A DNA stretch of 64,000 bases, taken from positions 15,858 through 79,857 of the IMG/VR virus record IMGVR_UViG_3300034102_001457; one strand, 5' to 3'. The position numbers and the translations under genes were made by a program. The stretch comes from a virus. Position 1 is the stretch's first letter. Each line of letters begins with the position of its first letter. This document shows positions 8,686 to 19,192 of the stretch, piece after piece. Under the pieces are notes generated by a model. The model was not told the DNA's origin. It was given only the letters and a program-made list of their open reading frames with translations, and searched no databases.

Positions 8686-11600
8686 ATGTCAAGAAGACAA
8701 ATAGAACACGCATACTACGTATTTAAGCCAGAATTAGATCAGATTATTATTCCAAGAATAGTAAGACAAGATCGATTGATGCTTATCACAAATACGACAC
8801 AAGGTAAGGTCATCTACAACTTCTCCGATCCTAATTTAACTGCAATATCTTTTTCAGTAGACAATGAAGTTGGCTATGAGCCAAAGACAATTATTACTCT
8901 TAAGTACAACTGTGCATCAATGGCTGCTACCGATCAACTTGCAATCATTGTTGACGAGCCAGCAGAAACAGTAACATTTACAGAGCCGCTTATGGATGCG
9001 GTAAATAAACTTAGAGTCGCCCCACCACAATCTTTAATGGATACAGACTTTGAATATGGTATTCAGAGCTCTAAGTGGGAAGCCTTGGTATTAACATCAA
9101 ATTACCCATCATTCTTTTCTAGAGCAACAGGCGGAAACTCATTTGACGTAGTAAGCGTAACTGGCGATGGCGCAGCGCCAAGATCTACAGTTACTGTAGT
9201 TGTTTCTAGCCCAGCAACAGAACTTGTTGCAGGAGATGTTGTTTCACTTCAAGATACAAAAAATCCTTTAGCTGAAGGAACTTTCCCAGTTGAAACAGTA
9301 AGCGCAGACGGATTTACATTTACATATTTAGCAAGCGGAATTGTTTCTGGATCAATTTCAGATGGAAGCCTTACATCAGTTACTGGTGGAGGAATCTTCG
9401 ATAACGCACACATTCCAGGCGGAAACGATTCTCTCGGACTTCAAGGATGGTCTGCAAACTCAGACGGAGCAGCACAATCTACAATTACAATTACAACAAG
9501 CACAGCTCATGGACTTCTTCCAGGAACACCAATTCTAATCGGAAGCCAGAATGCAAATTGCTCAATCAAGGGATCTTGGAGAATATTTAACGTCTCAAGT
9601 CCAAATCAAATGAAGTTTAAAATGGATTCACAGGTTTCTAACCCAATTGTCACAAATGGCGTAGGACTTTATGCAAAGCCAAATGGTTATGTTCAGCACA
9701 GACCACACGATGGAGGAGTTATTCTTTCAACAACAGACAATGTCTGTGGAGTAAGAGTTATTCGTCAAACACGTCGTCACTTTAGATATCAGTCAGGAAA
9801 GTCAATTCAGTTCTCAACTGGTGTAAAGTTTACCCCTACGTTTGACGTAGATCAGATATCTGTAGCTGGAGTTTTGATTGGAAATCAGGTTGTAACAGTC
9901 CGTACAATTCAAGATCACGGAATGCAACCAGGAGCAAAAATTAAGGTAGACGGAGTTCAAACAGCAGGAACTTACAACCCATGGAATGGCAAGTTTACGG
10001 TTACAAATGTTTTAGGAACAAATGAGTTCCAATATATAATGCCTATTACACAAAATTTAACTGCTACTGATCAGTTCCCAGGAGGAGTTGACGTAACAAT
10101 TACTGTTTACAAGTGGGAAGGTGCTGCAACAAGAACTGGTATGTACAATGACCAAAACGGATTCTTCCTTGAATACGATGGCACATACCTATATGCGGTT
10201 AGAAGATTCTCTAAGAAAGATCTTTTTGGTAAAATTGCTGCAACTAAGTTTTCAAACACAATTACTGGTATAAATACAAGATTCAGAAAGCAGTTGCTGG
10301 TCGGAGACCAGATTGTTATTAAGGGAGCAAACTACACAGTTATTGAAATTGCATCAGACACTAATATGAAGGTTAGCCCTGCATATAAGGGAGATTCTCT
10401 AACAAACTCATCTTATGTTATAACTCAAGAAATTAGAGTTCCTCAGACCGAGTGGAACGTAGACAAGCTAGATGGTAAGGGACCTTCAGGATACACATTG
10501 GACCCAGCATTGATGCAGATGGCCTACATTGACTACACATGGTATGGTGCGGGATTTATTAGATTCGGATTTAGAGGCACAGAAGGAAATATTGTTTATT
10601 GCCACAAGATGCCTAACAACAATAGAAACACAGAAGCTTACATGCGTTCTGGAAACCTTCCAGCAAGATATGAAGCTATTAACTCACCATTCTTTAGCAC
10701 AAAGCTAAAGGCGGGATCATCAGGAATTGTTGGATCTCCATTATCCCCAACAATGATTGTTATGTATGTTGATAGTGTTAAATTCTGGCCAGACCAAGGA
10801 TTCTTGGTTATAAAAGACGACACCAATTTTGAAATTTGTTCTTATACAATTACTAATAGAGAATATAATGCAATTGCACAAGGATATCCTGTTAATATTA
10901 ACAGAAGACAGCCAATGACCTCTTATCTACAGGGTCAGGCAGTTCAGCTATCAGGATCTTCTAGCAATGCAACATATCTTCCAGATAATACTATTACAAA
11001 TGGAACTGGAACTGCACAAGTTTCTGTTCAAACAATTACAAATACCTGTGCTCCAGTAATTAGCCACTGGGGATCATCTGTTATCATGGACGGTAAGTTT
11101 GATGATGATAAGAACTTTATCTTTACCGCTGGTATGCAGAGATTCGTAAACGTTGCAGGTTCTGGTGAAGTTATTGCAAAGATTGCTTCAAAGTCTGCTA
11201 CATCAGGTGTTGCAACAGTAACAACTGCTGCACCGCACCAGTTGCAGGTTGGATATCCAATTAGAATTTCTGACGTAAATACTTCAGCATCAATAACAAG
11301 TATTGTAAGAACTTCTGCATCTACAATAAGAGTTACAACTCAGGGTTCTCACAACTTTGTTCAAGACCAAAACGTAACTATATCAAATTCAGTTCTTTCT
11401 AGAAACCTTCAAAATGGACAGATTCAAACTACCGCAATAGTTGGTGTCTTGAACGGGATTAGAACAATATCTGCAGTGCCATCGTCAAACCAGTTCGATG
11501 TAATCCTTGCAGGTGTATATGGATACACTGCTCAGCCTCAAACAAATTCAAGCGCTGTAGAAAGTTCAACATTTAATGGAACATTTACAGTAAGCGCAGT

Positions 11601-12246
11601 AACAAGCAATACAATTCAGTACACGATACCATTTGGAACTACAATTCCAACAAGTATTGTTACCCCTCAAGGATCCGCTTCACAGAGCTTTGGTTCTTCA
11701 GCAATTGCAAGACCACTTCTTTCAATCAGAATTGCTCCTTCAGCAGATAATGGAATTGGAAGAAATTACGGTAAGAGAGAAACTCTTAACACTATGCAGC
11801 TAGCACTAAGTTCGCTTGGTATTCTTGCTCAGGGAGCATTCTTGATTCAGGGTATATATAACCCATCAGCTTTCCCTACTGGAGTAAACCTTCCAGGCGA
11901 TTGGGAAACTATTAGAATCCCTGGTGGATCTCTAGCACAGGTTATCTACCATGATAATACTGGTAGAACAGGTTCTACTGTAACCAACCCTATAACAACA
12001 ATCAGAGGTGGAGATCAGGCGTTTGCTTTCTACACCGACGGTACTGGTGGTACAAACTACTCAGCTACAACATTTGATTTGTCAAAGGTTAAGGATCTTG
12101 GAACATCAATTCTTTCTGGTGATGGAAACTTTAAAGCACCAGGATTCCCAAATGGTCCAGATATTTTAACAATCGTCGCAACAAACCTAGGATTAACATC
12201 TGGAGATATTTCAGCCCGTTTATCTTGGACAGAAGCTCAGGCATAA
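8686..12246 (+). CDS. Large virion structural protein with repeated beta-barrel (FCCH-like) modules
   Basis: Repeats TITTSTAHGL, TVRTIQDHGM, TVTTAAPHQL, RVTTQGSHNF; RQTRRHFRYQSGK, IDYTWYGAG. Confidence 0.65.
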   Translation: MSRRQIEHAYYVFKPELDQIIIPRIVRQDRLMLITNTTQGKVIYNFSDPNLTAISFSVDNEVGYEPKTIITLKYNCASMAATDQLAIIVDEPAETVTFTEPLMDAVNKLRVAPPQSLMDTDFEYGIQSSKWEALVLTSNYPSFFSRATGGNSFDVVSVTGDGAAPRSTVTVVVSSPATELVAGDVVSLQDTKNPLAEGTFPVETVSADGFTFTYLASGIVSGSISDGSLTSVTGGGIFDNAHIPGGNDSLGLQGWSANSDGAAQSTITITTSTAHGLLPGTPILIGSQNANCSIKGSWRIFNVSSPNQMKFKMDSQVSNPIVTNGVGLYAKPNGYVQHRPHDGGVILSTTDNVCGVRVIRQTRRHFRYQSGKSIQFSTGVKFTPTFDVDQISVAGVLIGNQVVTVRTIQDHGMQPGAKIKVDGVQTAGTYNPWNGKFTVTNVLGTNEFQYIMPITQNLTATDQFPGGVDVTITVYKWEGAATRTGMYNDQNGFFLEYDGTYLYAVRRFSKKDLFGKIAATKFSNTITGINTRFRKQLLVGDQIVIKGANYTVIEIASDTNMKVSPAYKGDSLTNSSYVITQEIRVPQTEWNVDKLDGKGPSGYTLDPALMQMAYIDYTWYGAGFIRFGFRGTEGNIVYCHKMPNNNRNTEAYMRSGNLPARYEAINSPFFSTKLKAGSSGIVGSPLSPTMIVMYVDSVKFWPDQGFLVIKDDTNFEICSYTITNREYNAIAQGYPVNINRRQPMTSYLQGQAVQLSGSSSNATYLPDNTITNGTGTAQVSVQTITNTCAPVISHWGSSVIMDGKFDDDKNFIFTAGMQRFVNVAGSGEVIAKIASKSATSGVATVTTAAPHQLQVGYPIRISDVNTSASITSIVRTSASTIRVTTQGSHNFVQDQNVTISNSVLSRNLQNGQIQTTAIVGVLNGIRTISAVPSSNQFDVILAGVYGYTAQPQTNSSAVESSTFNGTFTVSAVTSNTIQYTIPFGTTIPTSIVTPQGSASQSFGSSAIARPLLSIRIAPSADNGIGRNYGKRETLNTMQLALSSLGILAQGAFLIQGIYNPSAFPTGVNLPGDWETIRIPGGSLAQVIYHDNTGRTGSTVTNPITTIRGGDQAFAFYTDGTGGTNYSATTFDLSKVKDLGTSILSGDGNFKAPGFPNGPDILTIVATNLGLTSGDISARLSWTEAQA

Positions 12247-12258
12247 AAGGAGTATAAA

Positions 12259-14910
12259 ATGGCAGTATCAGATGTCCCAATAATTGGCACGGCTACCAAA
12301 ACTGGATCGACAACAGCAACAGTAGCATTTGCGGCACCACTTAATGATGGTGGCTCTACAATTACTAACTATACTGCCTTATCAACTCCTGGCAGTATAA
12401 CTGCATCATCGGCAACATCTCCAATTACAGTCACAGGATTAAACCCTGGAACAGAATATACTTTTACTGTAACGGCTACAAATGGAGATGGCGTATCTGG
12501 TCCTTCTGCTCCAAGTAATAGCATTACAACAGATGCTGTTGTTCCTGATGCTCCAACTGTTGGAACAGCTACAAAAACTGGAACAACAACTGCAACTTTA
12601 GCATTTCTCCCACCAACTTCTAATGGTGGTAGGCCAGTTACTAGTTATACAGTAACTTCTCTTCCTGGTAGCATTACAGCTACTGGAACATCTTCTCCAG
12701 TTTCAATTACGGGACTGACTTCAGGAACACAATATACATTTACGGTAACAGCTACAAACTCTATTGGTACCTCTAGCCCCTCACAGGCAAGTAATGCTGT
12801 AACTACAGATTACGTAAATCCTAACAGCCCAGGTGCACCAACAATTGGAACTGCTGCAAAGACTGGTTCAACAACAGCAAATGTTCCATTCACAGCGCCA
12901 GCATCAGATGGCGGATATGCAATTACTACATACACTGCCATATCAACTCCTGGTGGTATTACTGGAACACTTTCTCAAGCAGGCAGCGGAACAGTTCCCG
13001 TTACTGGACTAACCCCTGGAACAGATTATACATTCGTAGTATTTGCAACAAACTCACAAGGCGCTGGTAGTAACTCATCTGCAAGTAATACAATTACAAC
13101 AGATGCAGCAGCACCTAGCGCCCCTTTAAATCCTGTAGCTACTAAATTAAGCTCAACAACTGCAAGAGTTACGTTTAATGAGCCAGCTACAAGCAATGGA
13201 GCAGCAGTAACTACTTACACAGTTACATCAACTCCTGGAAATGTCACTGCCACTGGATCAGGATCTCCTATTACAGTTACAGGACTAACTGCTGCAACAG
13301 CCTATTCATTTACAGTAACAGCTACAAACTCCGCTGGCACATCTGTTGCCTCAGCGCCAAGTAATCAGATTGTTTCAGATGCCACAGTTCCTGGAGTACC
13401 AACTGTTGGTACAGCAGTAAAGCTAACATCAACATCAGCACGGATTCCATTTACGCCACCAGCTTCAAATGGTGGAGCAGCAATTTCTAACTACACAGTT
13501 ACATCAACTCCTGGCAACATCGTTGCCTCATCAACAACATCACCTATTACTATTACAGGATTAACTCCTGCGACATCATACACATTTACCGTAAAGGCAA
13601 CTAACTTTGTTGGAGACGGAAACGCTTCCGCTTCAAGTAACAGCATAACAACAGACGCAGCAGACGTATTTGCACCAGATGCCCCAACAATAGGAACAGC
13701 AACAAAAACAGGATCTACAACAGCAACTGCTGCGTTTACTGCTCCAGCTTCAAATGGTGGCGCAGCAATCATTGGATACATTGGTACATCAACCCCTGGT
13801 GGCATTATTGCTTCATCAACAACATCGCCAATGACTTTCACAGGATTAACTCCTGCTACACACTATACATTTAAGGTAAGAGCAGTTAACTCTGTTGGCA
13901 CTGGACCTGAATCAGCTGCAAGTAATATTGTAAATACAGACAGTGCTCCTCCTGGACCACCAACTGTTGGAATTGCTTCAAAAACTGGAGCAACAACTGC
14001 AGTACTTGCATTTACTCCACCAACCGTAACTAACGGTCAGACAATTACTGGATACACTGTTTCATCAACCCCAATCGGTGGATCAGGTGCAGGAGCCACA
14101 TCCCCAATACTTGTGACAGGTCTTACTCCAGCAACAGCCTACACCTTTAAGGTTAGAGCGATTACAAGCTCTTCTGAGGGTGAGCAATCAAATTCAAGTA
14201 ATATTATTACAACTGACTTTGGAAGCTCAGCTAACTACGCTACATTGTCAAATCAAATTGAGACAATCAAGACAAAAATTAATGCTTTAACATCTACAAA
14301 CTTAAATGCAGAGCAGATTTTGTATGTGTCAAAGTCTTTAGTTACTTTATCTGAGGCACTAGGCGTAGAAGATGTTGTTGAAGCCACCGCAAATGCAATT
14401 GAAAGAATTGATGATGCTGGAGCGGCAGCAATTACGCTTGTTAGCGGAACAGCTAATGGGGCAGCAGTTGCAAATCTAAGCAATAAGTATACTGCACTAC
14501 AGGCAACATATGACAATATTAATCCTAGAGTAACCTCTCTTGAAGGAGTGATTACAAATCAAGAATCAAATATTGCATCAGCATCAGCCCTAGCAGTAAG
14601 CGCTGGATATAATCCATGGCAAATTTTAACAGCTAACAAGCTTCTAGTAAATAGAGATAGAGTTTTTGTTAACACACCAGCACTTGGCGGTGGAGTAGGT
14701 GGATTAACATTAACACTTCCAGCAGGACCTGCAATAGGACATGTTGTAGAGATAGTAGATATTTCTGGAAATGCATCAACAAACTTCTTTACTATAGCTA
14801 GAAATGGCGAAAGAATTCAAGGAGTAGAGGAAGACCTTATCTTCAACGTAAACAATAAGGCTATGAAATTAATATATTCAAATACTGCAAAAGGATGGAG
14901 AATCGCATAA
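12259..14910 (+). CDS. Fibronectin type III repeat protein (7 Fn3) with coiled coil and C-terminal adaptor-like domain
   Basis: Seven units of PxAPTxGTAxK...F.PP..NGG..IT.YT.TS.PG...GLT..T.YTF.V.A.N. Confidence 0.9.
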   Translation: MAVSDVPIIGTATKTGSTTATVAFAAPLNDGGSTITNYTALSTPGSITASSATSPITVTGLNPGTEYTFTVTATNGDGVSGPSAPSNSITTDAVVPDAPTVGTATKTGTTTATLAFLPPTSNGGRPVTSYTVTSLPGSITATGTSSPVSITGLTSGTQYTFTVTATNSIGTSSPSQASNAVTTDYVNPNSPGAPTIGTAAKTGSTTANVPFTAPASDGGYAITTYTAISTPGGITGTLSQAGSGTVPVTGLTPGTDYTFVVFATNSQGAGSNSSASNTITTDAAAPSAPLNPVATKLSSTTARVTFNEPATSNGAAVTTYTVTSTPGNVTATGSGSPITVTGLTAATAYSFTVTATNSAGTSVASAPSNQIVSDATVPGVPTVGTAVKLTSTSARIPFTPPASNGGAAISNYTVTSTPGNIVASSTTSPITITGLTPATSYTFTVKATNFVGDGNASASSNSITTDAADVFAPDAPTIGTATKTGSTTATAAFTAPASNGGAAIIGYIGTSTPGGIIASSTTSPMTFTGLTPATHYTFKVRAVNSVGTGPESAASNIVNTDSAPPGPPTVGIASKTGATTAVLAFTPPTVTNGQTITGYTVSSTPIGGSGAGATSPILVTGLTPATAYTFKVRAITSSSEGEQSNSSNIITTDFGSSANYATLSNQIETIKTKINALTSTNLNAEQILYVSKSLVTLSEALGVEDVVEATANAIERIDDAGAAAITLVSGTANGAAVANLSNKYTALQATYDNINPRVTSLEGVITNQESNIASASALAVSAGYNPWQILTANKLLVNRDRVFVNTPALGGGVGGLTLTLPAGPAIGHVVEIVDISGNASTNFFTIARNGERIQGVEEDLIFNVNNKAMKLIYSNTAKGWRIA

Positions 14911-15845
14911 TGGCATCATTAGACACGCTTTTAACATTATCGTCAGGACTTAAAGCGTCCGAACTAGCAACTCTAGGAGTAACTGGAGCATCGCTAGGAA
15001 TTACTCCAGCATCTCTTGGAGTGGTAGATGCAGAATCAAGAATGAATAGAGAAGTAACTGACGGCACACGTCGTCCTTACATGATCCCTACAATTACAAC
15101 AGTAAATGAAAGAAACCAGTCATGGTGGCAAATTTGGTCATCTGGAGACCCATGGACAGGCTACTACAATTATTTAACTGGAACAACGCAGGCGGATTGC
15201 GAAAGAGCATTCTGGTTCTCTCTTGGAACAAATACTAGACAGAATACCGTAGGCTATGCTACAAGCTCATTTGACAACAATAGATTAATCTATGCAAAGA
15301 ACTCTGTAGTAGGAAATGACGATGTTCATATTGCTCACGGAAGAAACTCCGCATACTCACCATTTAGACTAAGAACTATGTTCCTTAGAAATCATCATCC
15401 AACCCTACAAAAGACAGTATCGATGTGGGGAAGCTATTCAAATTACTGGGCATCTGGTCATGATGGCTCAGGAGTTTGTATTGGAACACCTAATACAAGC
15501 GGTAATTATAATACCGTTACTGATATTAGCTGGTCAGTTCCAGTAAATAGAACTGGTGGAAACTCATACTACCAGTGGTCATGGAACGTAACAATTCCAG
15601 CCAAGACAACTGTAGTTGTTGTACAAACTAATACAATGTACTACTGGCAGTCAGGGTATGTTCACTGGTACCTAGATCAAAATATGTTCTATGATTTGCA
15701 TACTACATTTTCTGATTTCTGGATTCAGCCAGATCTTAAAATGACTCAAGCAGCACTTCAATATAATGATCAATTAAATGAATTTAACGTAAAAAGCTCC
15801 TGGCGCATTTGGGCCAGAACAGCAGAAATGTTTGGTAACCGATAA
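14910..15845 (+). CDS. Putative receptor-binding/fibre tip protein
   Basis: Aromatic- and Asn-rich beta protein; TAATG coupling at 14910; followed by a fibre chaperone. Confidence 0.55.
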   Translation: MASLDTLLTLSSGLKASELATLGVTGASLGITPASLGVVDAESRMNREVTDGTRRPYMIPTITTVNERNQSWWQIWSSGDPWTGYYNYLTGTTQADCERAFWFSLGTNTRQNTVGYATSSFDNNRLIYAKNSVVGNDDVHIAHGRNSAYSPFRLRTMFLRNHHPTLQKTVSMWGSYSNYWASGHDGSGVCIGTPNTSGNYNTVTDISWSVPVNRTGGNSYYQWSWNVTIPAKTTVVVVQTNTMYYWQSGYVHWYLDQNMFYDLHTTFSDFWIQPDLKMTQAALQYNDQLNEFNVKSSWRIWARTAEMFGNR

Positions 15846-16222
15846 TGTACTACATTAAATTTGACGCAAATAATATTCAAGAGCAGATGATTCTTTCCGA
15901 AGAAAATCCAGGTGCTGGATGGCACGGAGTCGGAGAAGATATTGATGGCAAGATGTTTAAATTAGTATCTGGAGCACCCATTGCTATGACAGACGAAGAG
16001 AAAGATGAATATTATCTTTCACTAAAAACTACATATTCATATGCTGCTCTAAGGGCAGATAGAAATGAAATGCTAATGAGATCAGACTGGACTCAATTAC
16101 CAAATTCTGGTTTATCAGAAGCAAAAAGAGCAGAATGGGAAACCTATAGACAAGCGCTTAGGGACCTCCCAGAAACAATGACGGAAGACCTTGAATATAC
16201 TCTTCCAGAGGTTCCAGCATAA
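15845..16222 (+). CDS. Tail fibre assembly chaperone
   Basis: LRADRNEMLMRSDWTQLP...WETYRQALRDLP is the typical Tfa/APC-like motif. Confidence 0.85.
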   Translation: MYYIKFDANNIQEQMILSEENPGAGWHGVGEDIDGKMFKLVSGAPIAMTDEEKDEYYLSLKTTYSYAALRADRNEMLMRSDWTQLPNSGLSEAKRAEWETYRQALRDLPETMTEDLEYTLPEVPA

Positions 16223-16231
16223 TGAATTTTA

Positions 16232-16240
16232 TGATACAAT
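16232..16240 (+). promoter_or_regulatory. Extended -10 promoter
   Basis: TGaTACAAT, then GAGGAG and ATG 16260. Confidence 0.55.
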
Positions 16241-16259
16241 ATTCTAGAGGAGTAACAAA

Positions 16260-16583
16260 ATGACAACACTTACCGCACAAATTGAGCTAGCAAAGACAAA
16301 GATCAATGCTTTGTCAGCAGCTACACTTACATCACAAGACATCGTATTCTTGGCTAAATCCCTTGAGTCCCTTGGATCACTCCTAGGAGTTAATGACATT
16401 GTGGCAGTAACAAATACAAAAATTTCAGAGATAACAAATGCATCTAGCGGACAGGTTCAAACAATTACTAATGCTGGGTCTTCTCAGGTAAATGCTGTGG
16501 TTACTTCTGGAAATCAACAAATCGCATTAGTACAATCAGCAGTAGATAACTACAATCTATTCGTAAACATGGGAGTAATATAA
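16260..16583 (+). CDS. Small coiled-coil structural protein
   Basis: Paralogous to the coiled-coil segment of 12259..14910. Confidence 0.65.
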   Translation: MTTLTAQIELAKTKINALSAATLTSQDIVFLAKSLESLGSLLGVNDIVAVTNTKISEITNASSGQVQTITNAGSSQVNAVVTSGNQQIALVQSAVDNYNLFVNMGVI

Positions 16584-16584
16584 A

Positions 16585-16902
16585 ATGGCACAAATTAGTT
16601 TACCAGCAAGAATATTCGGTGGAACAGTTCCAGTAACTGAATCTCAGGTGTATACAGTTCCAGCGGGAGAGACAGATGTAATTACATCTATTACCCTATG
16701 TAACACTACCGATGTTGCACAACAGTCAAGCGCAAAGTTTGCAGGAATTTTCTTTTACAAGAACATTGACCTAGCACCTCGTCAGATCACAGTTATAGAT
16801 GTTAAGCAGGTTCTAAATGCAGGAGATGCAATTATTCTCAGTGCAGGTTTAGCAAACTCTGTTAACGTCTTTATCTCTGGCGTCAAAATAACAACAATTT
16901 AA
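16585..16902 (+). CDS. Small beta-rich fibre adaptor-like protein
   Basis: VYTVPAG...ITSITLCN...LNAGDAI...VFISGV; paralogue of 21776..22108. Confidence 0.6.
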   Translation: MAQISLPARIFGGTVPVTESQVYTVPAGETDVITSITLCNTTDVAQQSSAKFAGIFFYKNIDLAPRQITVIDVKQVLNAGDAIILSAGLANSVNVFISGVKITTI

Positions 16903-16928
16903 TTAAAAATATTTAGGAGAAATAAAAA

Positions 16929-18440
16929 ATGGCAGTTGCAAATACAGTTACGCAAATTGTTCTACCTGGCATAGACAAGGTAGTTCAAGATCAGACCACG
17001 GCAGCACTGGCTTCAAACCCAACAGTCGCAGCGATCATATCAAATCTTGCACAGTCTGGAAGCACAGCGCAACTAAATGCAGCAATTGCAAACGCAAATG
17101 CCGTAGTTACAGAGCTTCCTTCTGTAAACGCTCTGCCTACATTTGCAACGTATTCATGCCGAGACAACAGACCGTTTTGGAATATTTACAACAGTAGATT
17201 CAGACCAATCGATGCAGGAAGCCAACACACTGACTCAGAACTTTGGGCACCATGGGCTGGATGGAACTATACAAACTCACTTATTGGCTCAAGCACAGTA
17301 ACCACATCTTGGAGTCAAGCAACACCATTTCAGCAGGCAGACGGACACTGGATGATGAGACTTATGGCGGGTAACAGAACTTATACCGCAGTAAATCCTG
17401 ATGTTATGCAGTCATACATGCCTTACTTTGGAGTTGTTATTGGAAAGCGTGGAATCAGACAGAACTTCTCTTTATTTAGCTCAAACAACACATTAAGAAT
17501 TATGGAACGTGGAATTGCTGAAGGATATTACGAAACTATAAATCTTAACCAATCAATATATTCTACATGGACTGGACAGGGAGTAACCTATGGTTCAGCT
17601 GGCTACAACGATAGAACTAGAACGCTTGTAGTTATTCAAACAATAGATGCAAATAATAACTACAGAATGCACATCTGGAAGAACGAAGGAACAGATAGAT
17701 CTTTAAATAGCGACAATTACTACCCAGGAACACTGGCTGCTTTCTTAAGAGAAGCAAAAACAGGCCTACTTGATGCAGGTCAAGGCGCTGGAGCGGTTAG
17801 CTATGCATTTAGAGATTTCCAGTGGCAAGCAAGCAACTCTCAGAGCTATGATGAATCAAGATATCGTATGCGTGTGGTAGTTGGAGATAATGGAATTATT
17901 GGAATGGCAAGAATGGTTCCTTCAAATCAAAGTCAATATGCAACATATAATCCAGCAACTTCACAACTGGTAACATCTTTTAATGCAATTGGACTTACAA
18001 CTTCATATGGTATTGAGCAGGGTCAAAGATACGGAATGAGACATCAAATATCTTGGGACAATAACTGGGTGGCAGCGTATAACTGCTACTACTACTATGG
18101 CTCAGGCATGAATGTTTATTTCATTGATACAAGAGATCCTAGAAATTACTTTATTGGCCAACATGGAACTACAAGCCACGGATGCCAAATAGTTCCTTAC
18201 CAAGAAGATAAATTCTTGTTTAACGATTCTACTCACAACGTTGACAACAACTACGGGCTAAGACTCTTTATTCAGGAGCCGCAAGCGGCGCTAGAAGGAA
18301 GAACTACGTCTTCAACTATAGCTAATGGTGGTAACTTAGGTTTAGTAAACAATCCACAGTGGGGTCTGTTTGATACAGACTACACAAGCACAAATTACCC
18401 AGGGCTCCAATCAATGGCGCACTGGACAAGAAGAGTATAA
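16929..18440 (+). CDS. Putative receptor-binding protein, paralogue A
   Basis: Shares YNxRTxTL, NNYRxHxWKN, FQWQASxSQxYDESR, TTSYGIEQG and WDNNW with 19193..20746. Confidence 0.6.
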   Translation: MAVANTVTQIVLPGIDKVVQDQTTAALASNPTVAAIISNLAQSGSTAQLNAAIANANAVVTELPSVNALPTFATYSCRDNRPFWNIYNSRFRPIDAGSQHTDSELWAPWAGWNYTNSLIGSSTVTTSWSQATPFQQADGHWMMRLMAGNRTYTAVNPDVMQSYMPYFGVVIGKRGIRQNFSLFSSNNTLRIMERGIAEGYYETINLNQSIYSTWTGQGVTYGSAGYNDRTRTLVVIQTIDANNNYRMHIWKNEGTDRSLNSDNYYPGTLAAFLREAKTGLLDAGQGAGAVSYAFRDFQWQASNSQSYDESRYRMRVVVGDNGIIGMARMVPSNQSQYATYNPATSQLVTSFNAIGLTTSYGIEQGQRYGMRHQISWDNNWVAAYNCYYYYGSGMNVYFIDTRDPRNYFIGQHGTTSHGCQIVPYQEDKFLFNDSTHNVDNNYGLRLFIQEPQAALEGRTTSSTIANGGNLGLVNNPQWGLFDTDYTSTNYPGLQSMAHWTRRV

Positions 18441-18450
18441 GGGGAAAAAA

Positions 18451-18735
18451 ATGAAATTTAATTACTATGATGGAGTCGCATCCTTCAATGAAAACGGCGA
18501 ATACGAGACAGACATTGTCACATCTTTGCCACATAGACTATCAGTTGTTGACGGAGTTGTTGTTGACAAATATCCAGGAATGACAGATAATGAAGTAAGG
18601 ATTGCAGACCACGAAGCAGCACTTGAGCGTTTAGCACAAGATAGAGCTGAGTGGGATGAGTTGGATGACGAAATTAAAGCAAAAGTAGAGCGCCCAGCAG
18701 ATTTGCCTGAGCTAGATCTACCAGAAGAGGAATAA
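18451..18735 (+). CDS. Small acidic protein, possible fibre chaperone
   Basis: AAGGGG before ATG 18451; follows RBP A. Confidence 0.55.
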   Translation: MKFNYYDGVASFNENGEYETDIVTSLPHRLSVVDGVVVDKYPGMTDNEVRIADHEAALERLAQDRAEWDELDDEIKAKVERPADLPELDLPEEE

Positions 18736-18736
18736 A

Positions 18737-19174
18737 ATGCCAATTACACAGACCCCTAATTCAGTAGTACCAGCACTTTGGACTTACACATATCTCCAGG
18801 CTCCAATCAATGGACAAGGAAAGCCATATTTTAATATCCCAGCTCAGTTTGTTGATCTAGGAACCAAGTCAAGCGGAACCCTTACCCTAGACTTAGCGGC
18901 TTCAAATGTTTTTAGAGTAATTGCTGGAGGTAACTTTACAGTAGCCTTTTCAAACATTGCAAATACAGCAAGCGTAGCACAATTCTGGCAGATGGAAATA
19001 AAGTCTGGCGGAAGCTATACTATCAACTGGCCAGCAGGAATTGTATGGGATGGTGGCGGTGCTTCAAACATTCAGCCAGTACTATCACTAGATACAACAG
19101 TTTTAAATTTTTACACTAGAAATAATGGAACAACAATCTTCGGATCATACGCATTCTCAGATTTGAAAATCTAA
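18737..19174 (+). CDS. Fibre C-terminal/adaptor-like domain protein
   Basis: TLTLDLAASNVF...GSYTINWPAGIVWDGG...P.LS. Confidence 0.6.
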   Translation: MPITQTPNSVVPALWTYTYLQAPINGQGKPYFNIPAQFVDLGTKSSGTLTLDLAASNVFRVIAGGNFTVAFSNIANTASVAQFWQMEIKSGGSYTINWPAGIVWDGGGASNIQPVLSLDTTVLNFYTRNNGTTIFGSYAFSDLKI

Positions 19175-19192
19175 CATAAATAGGAGAACAAA

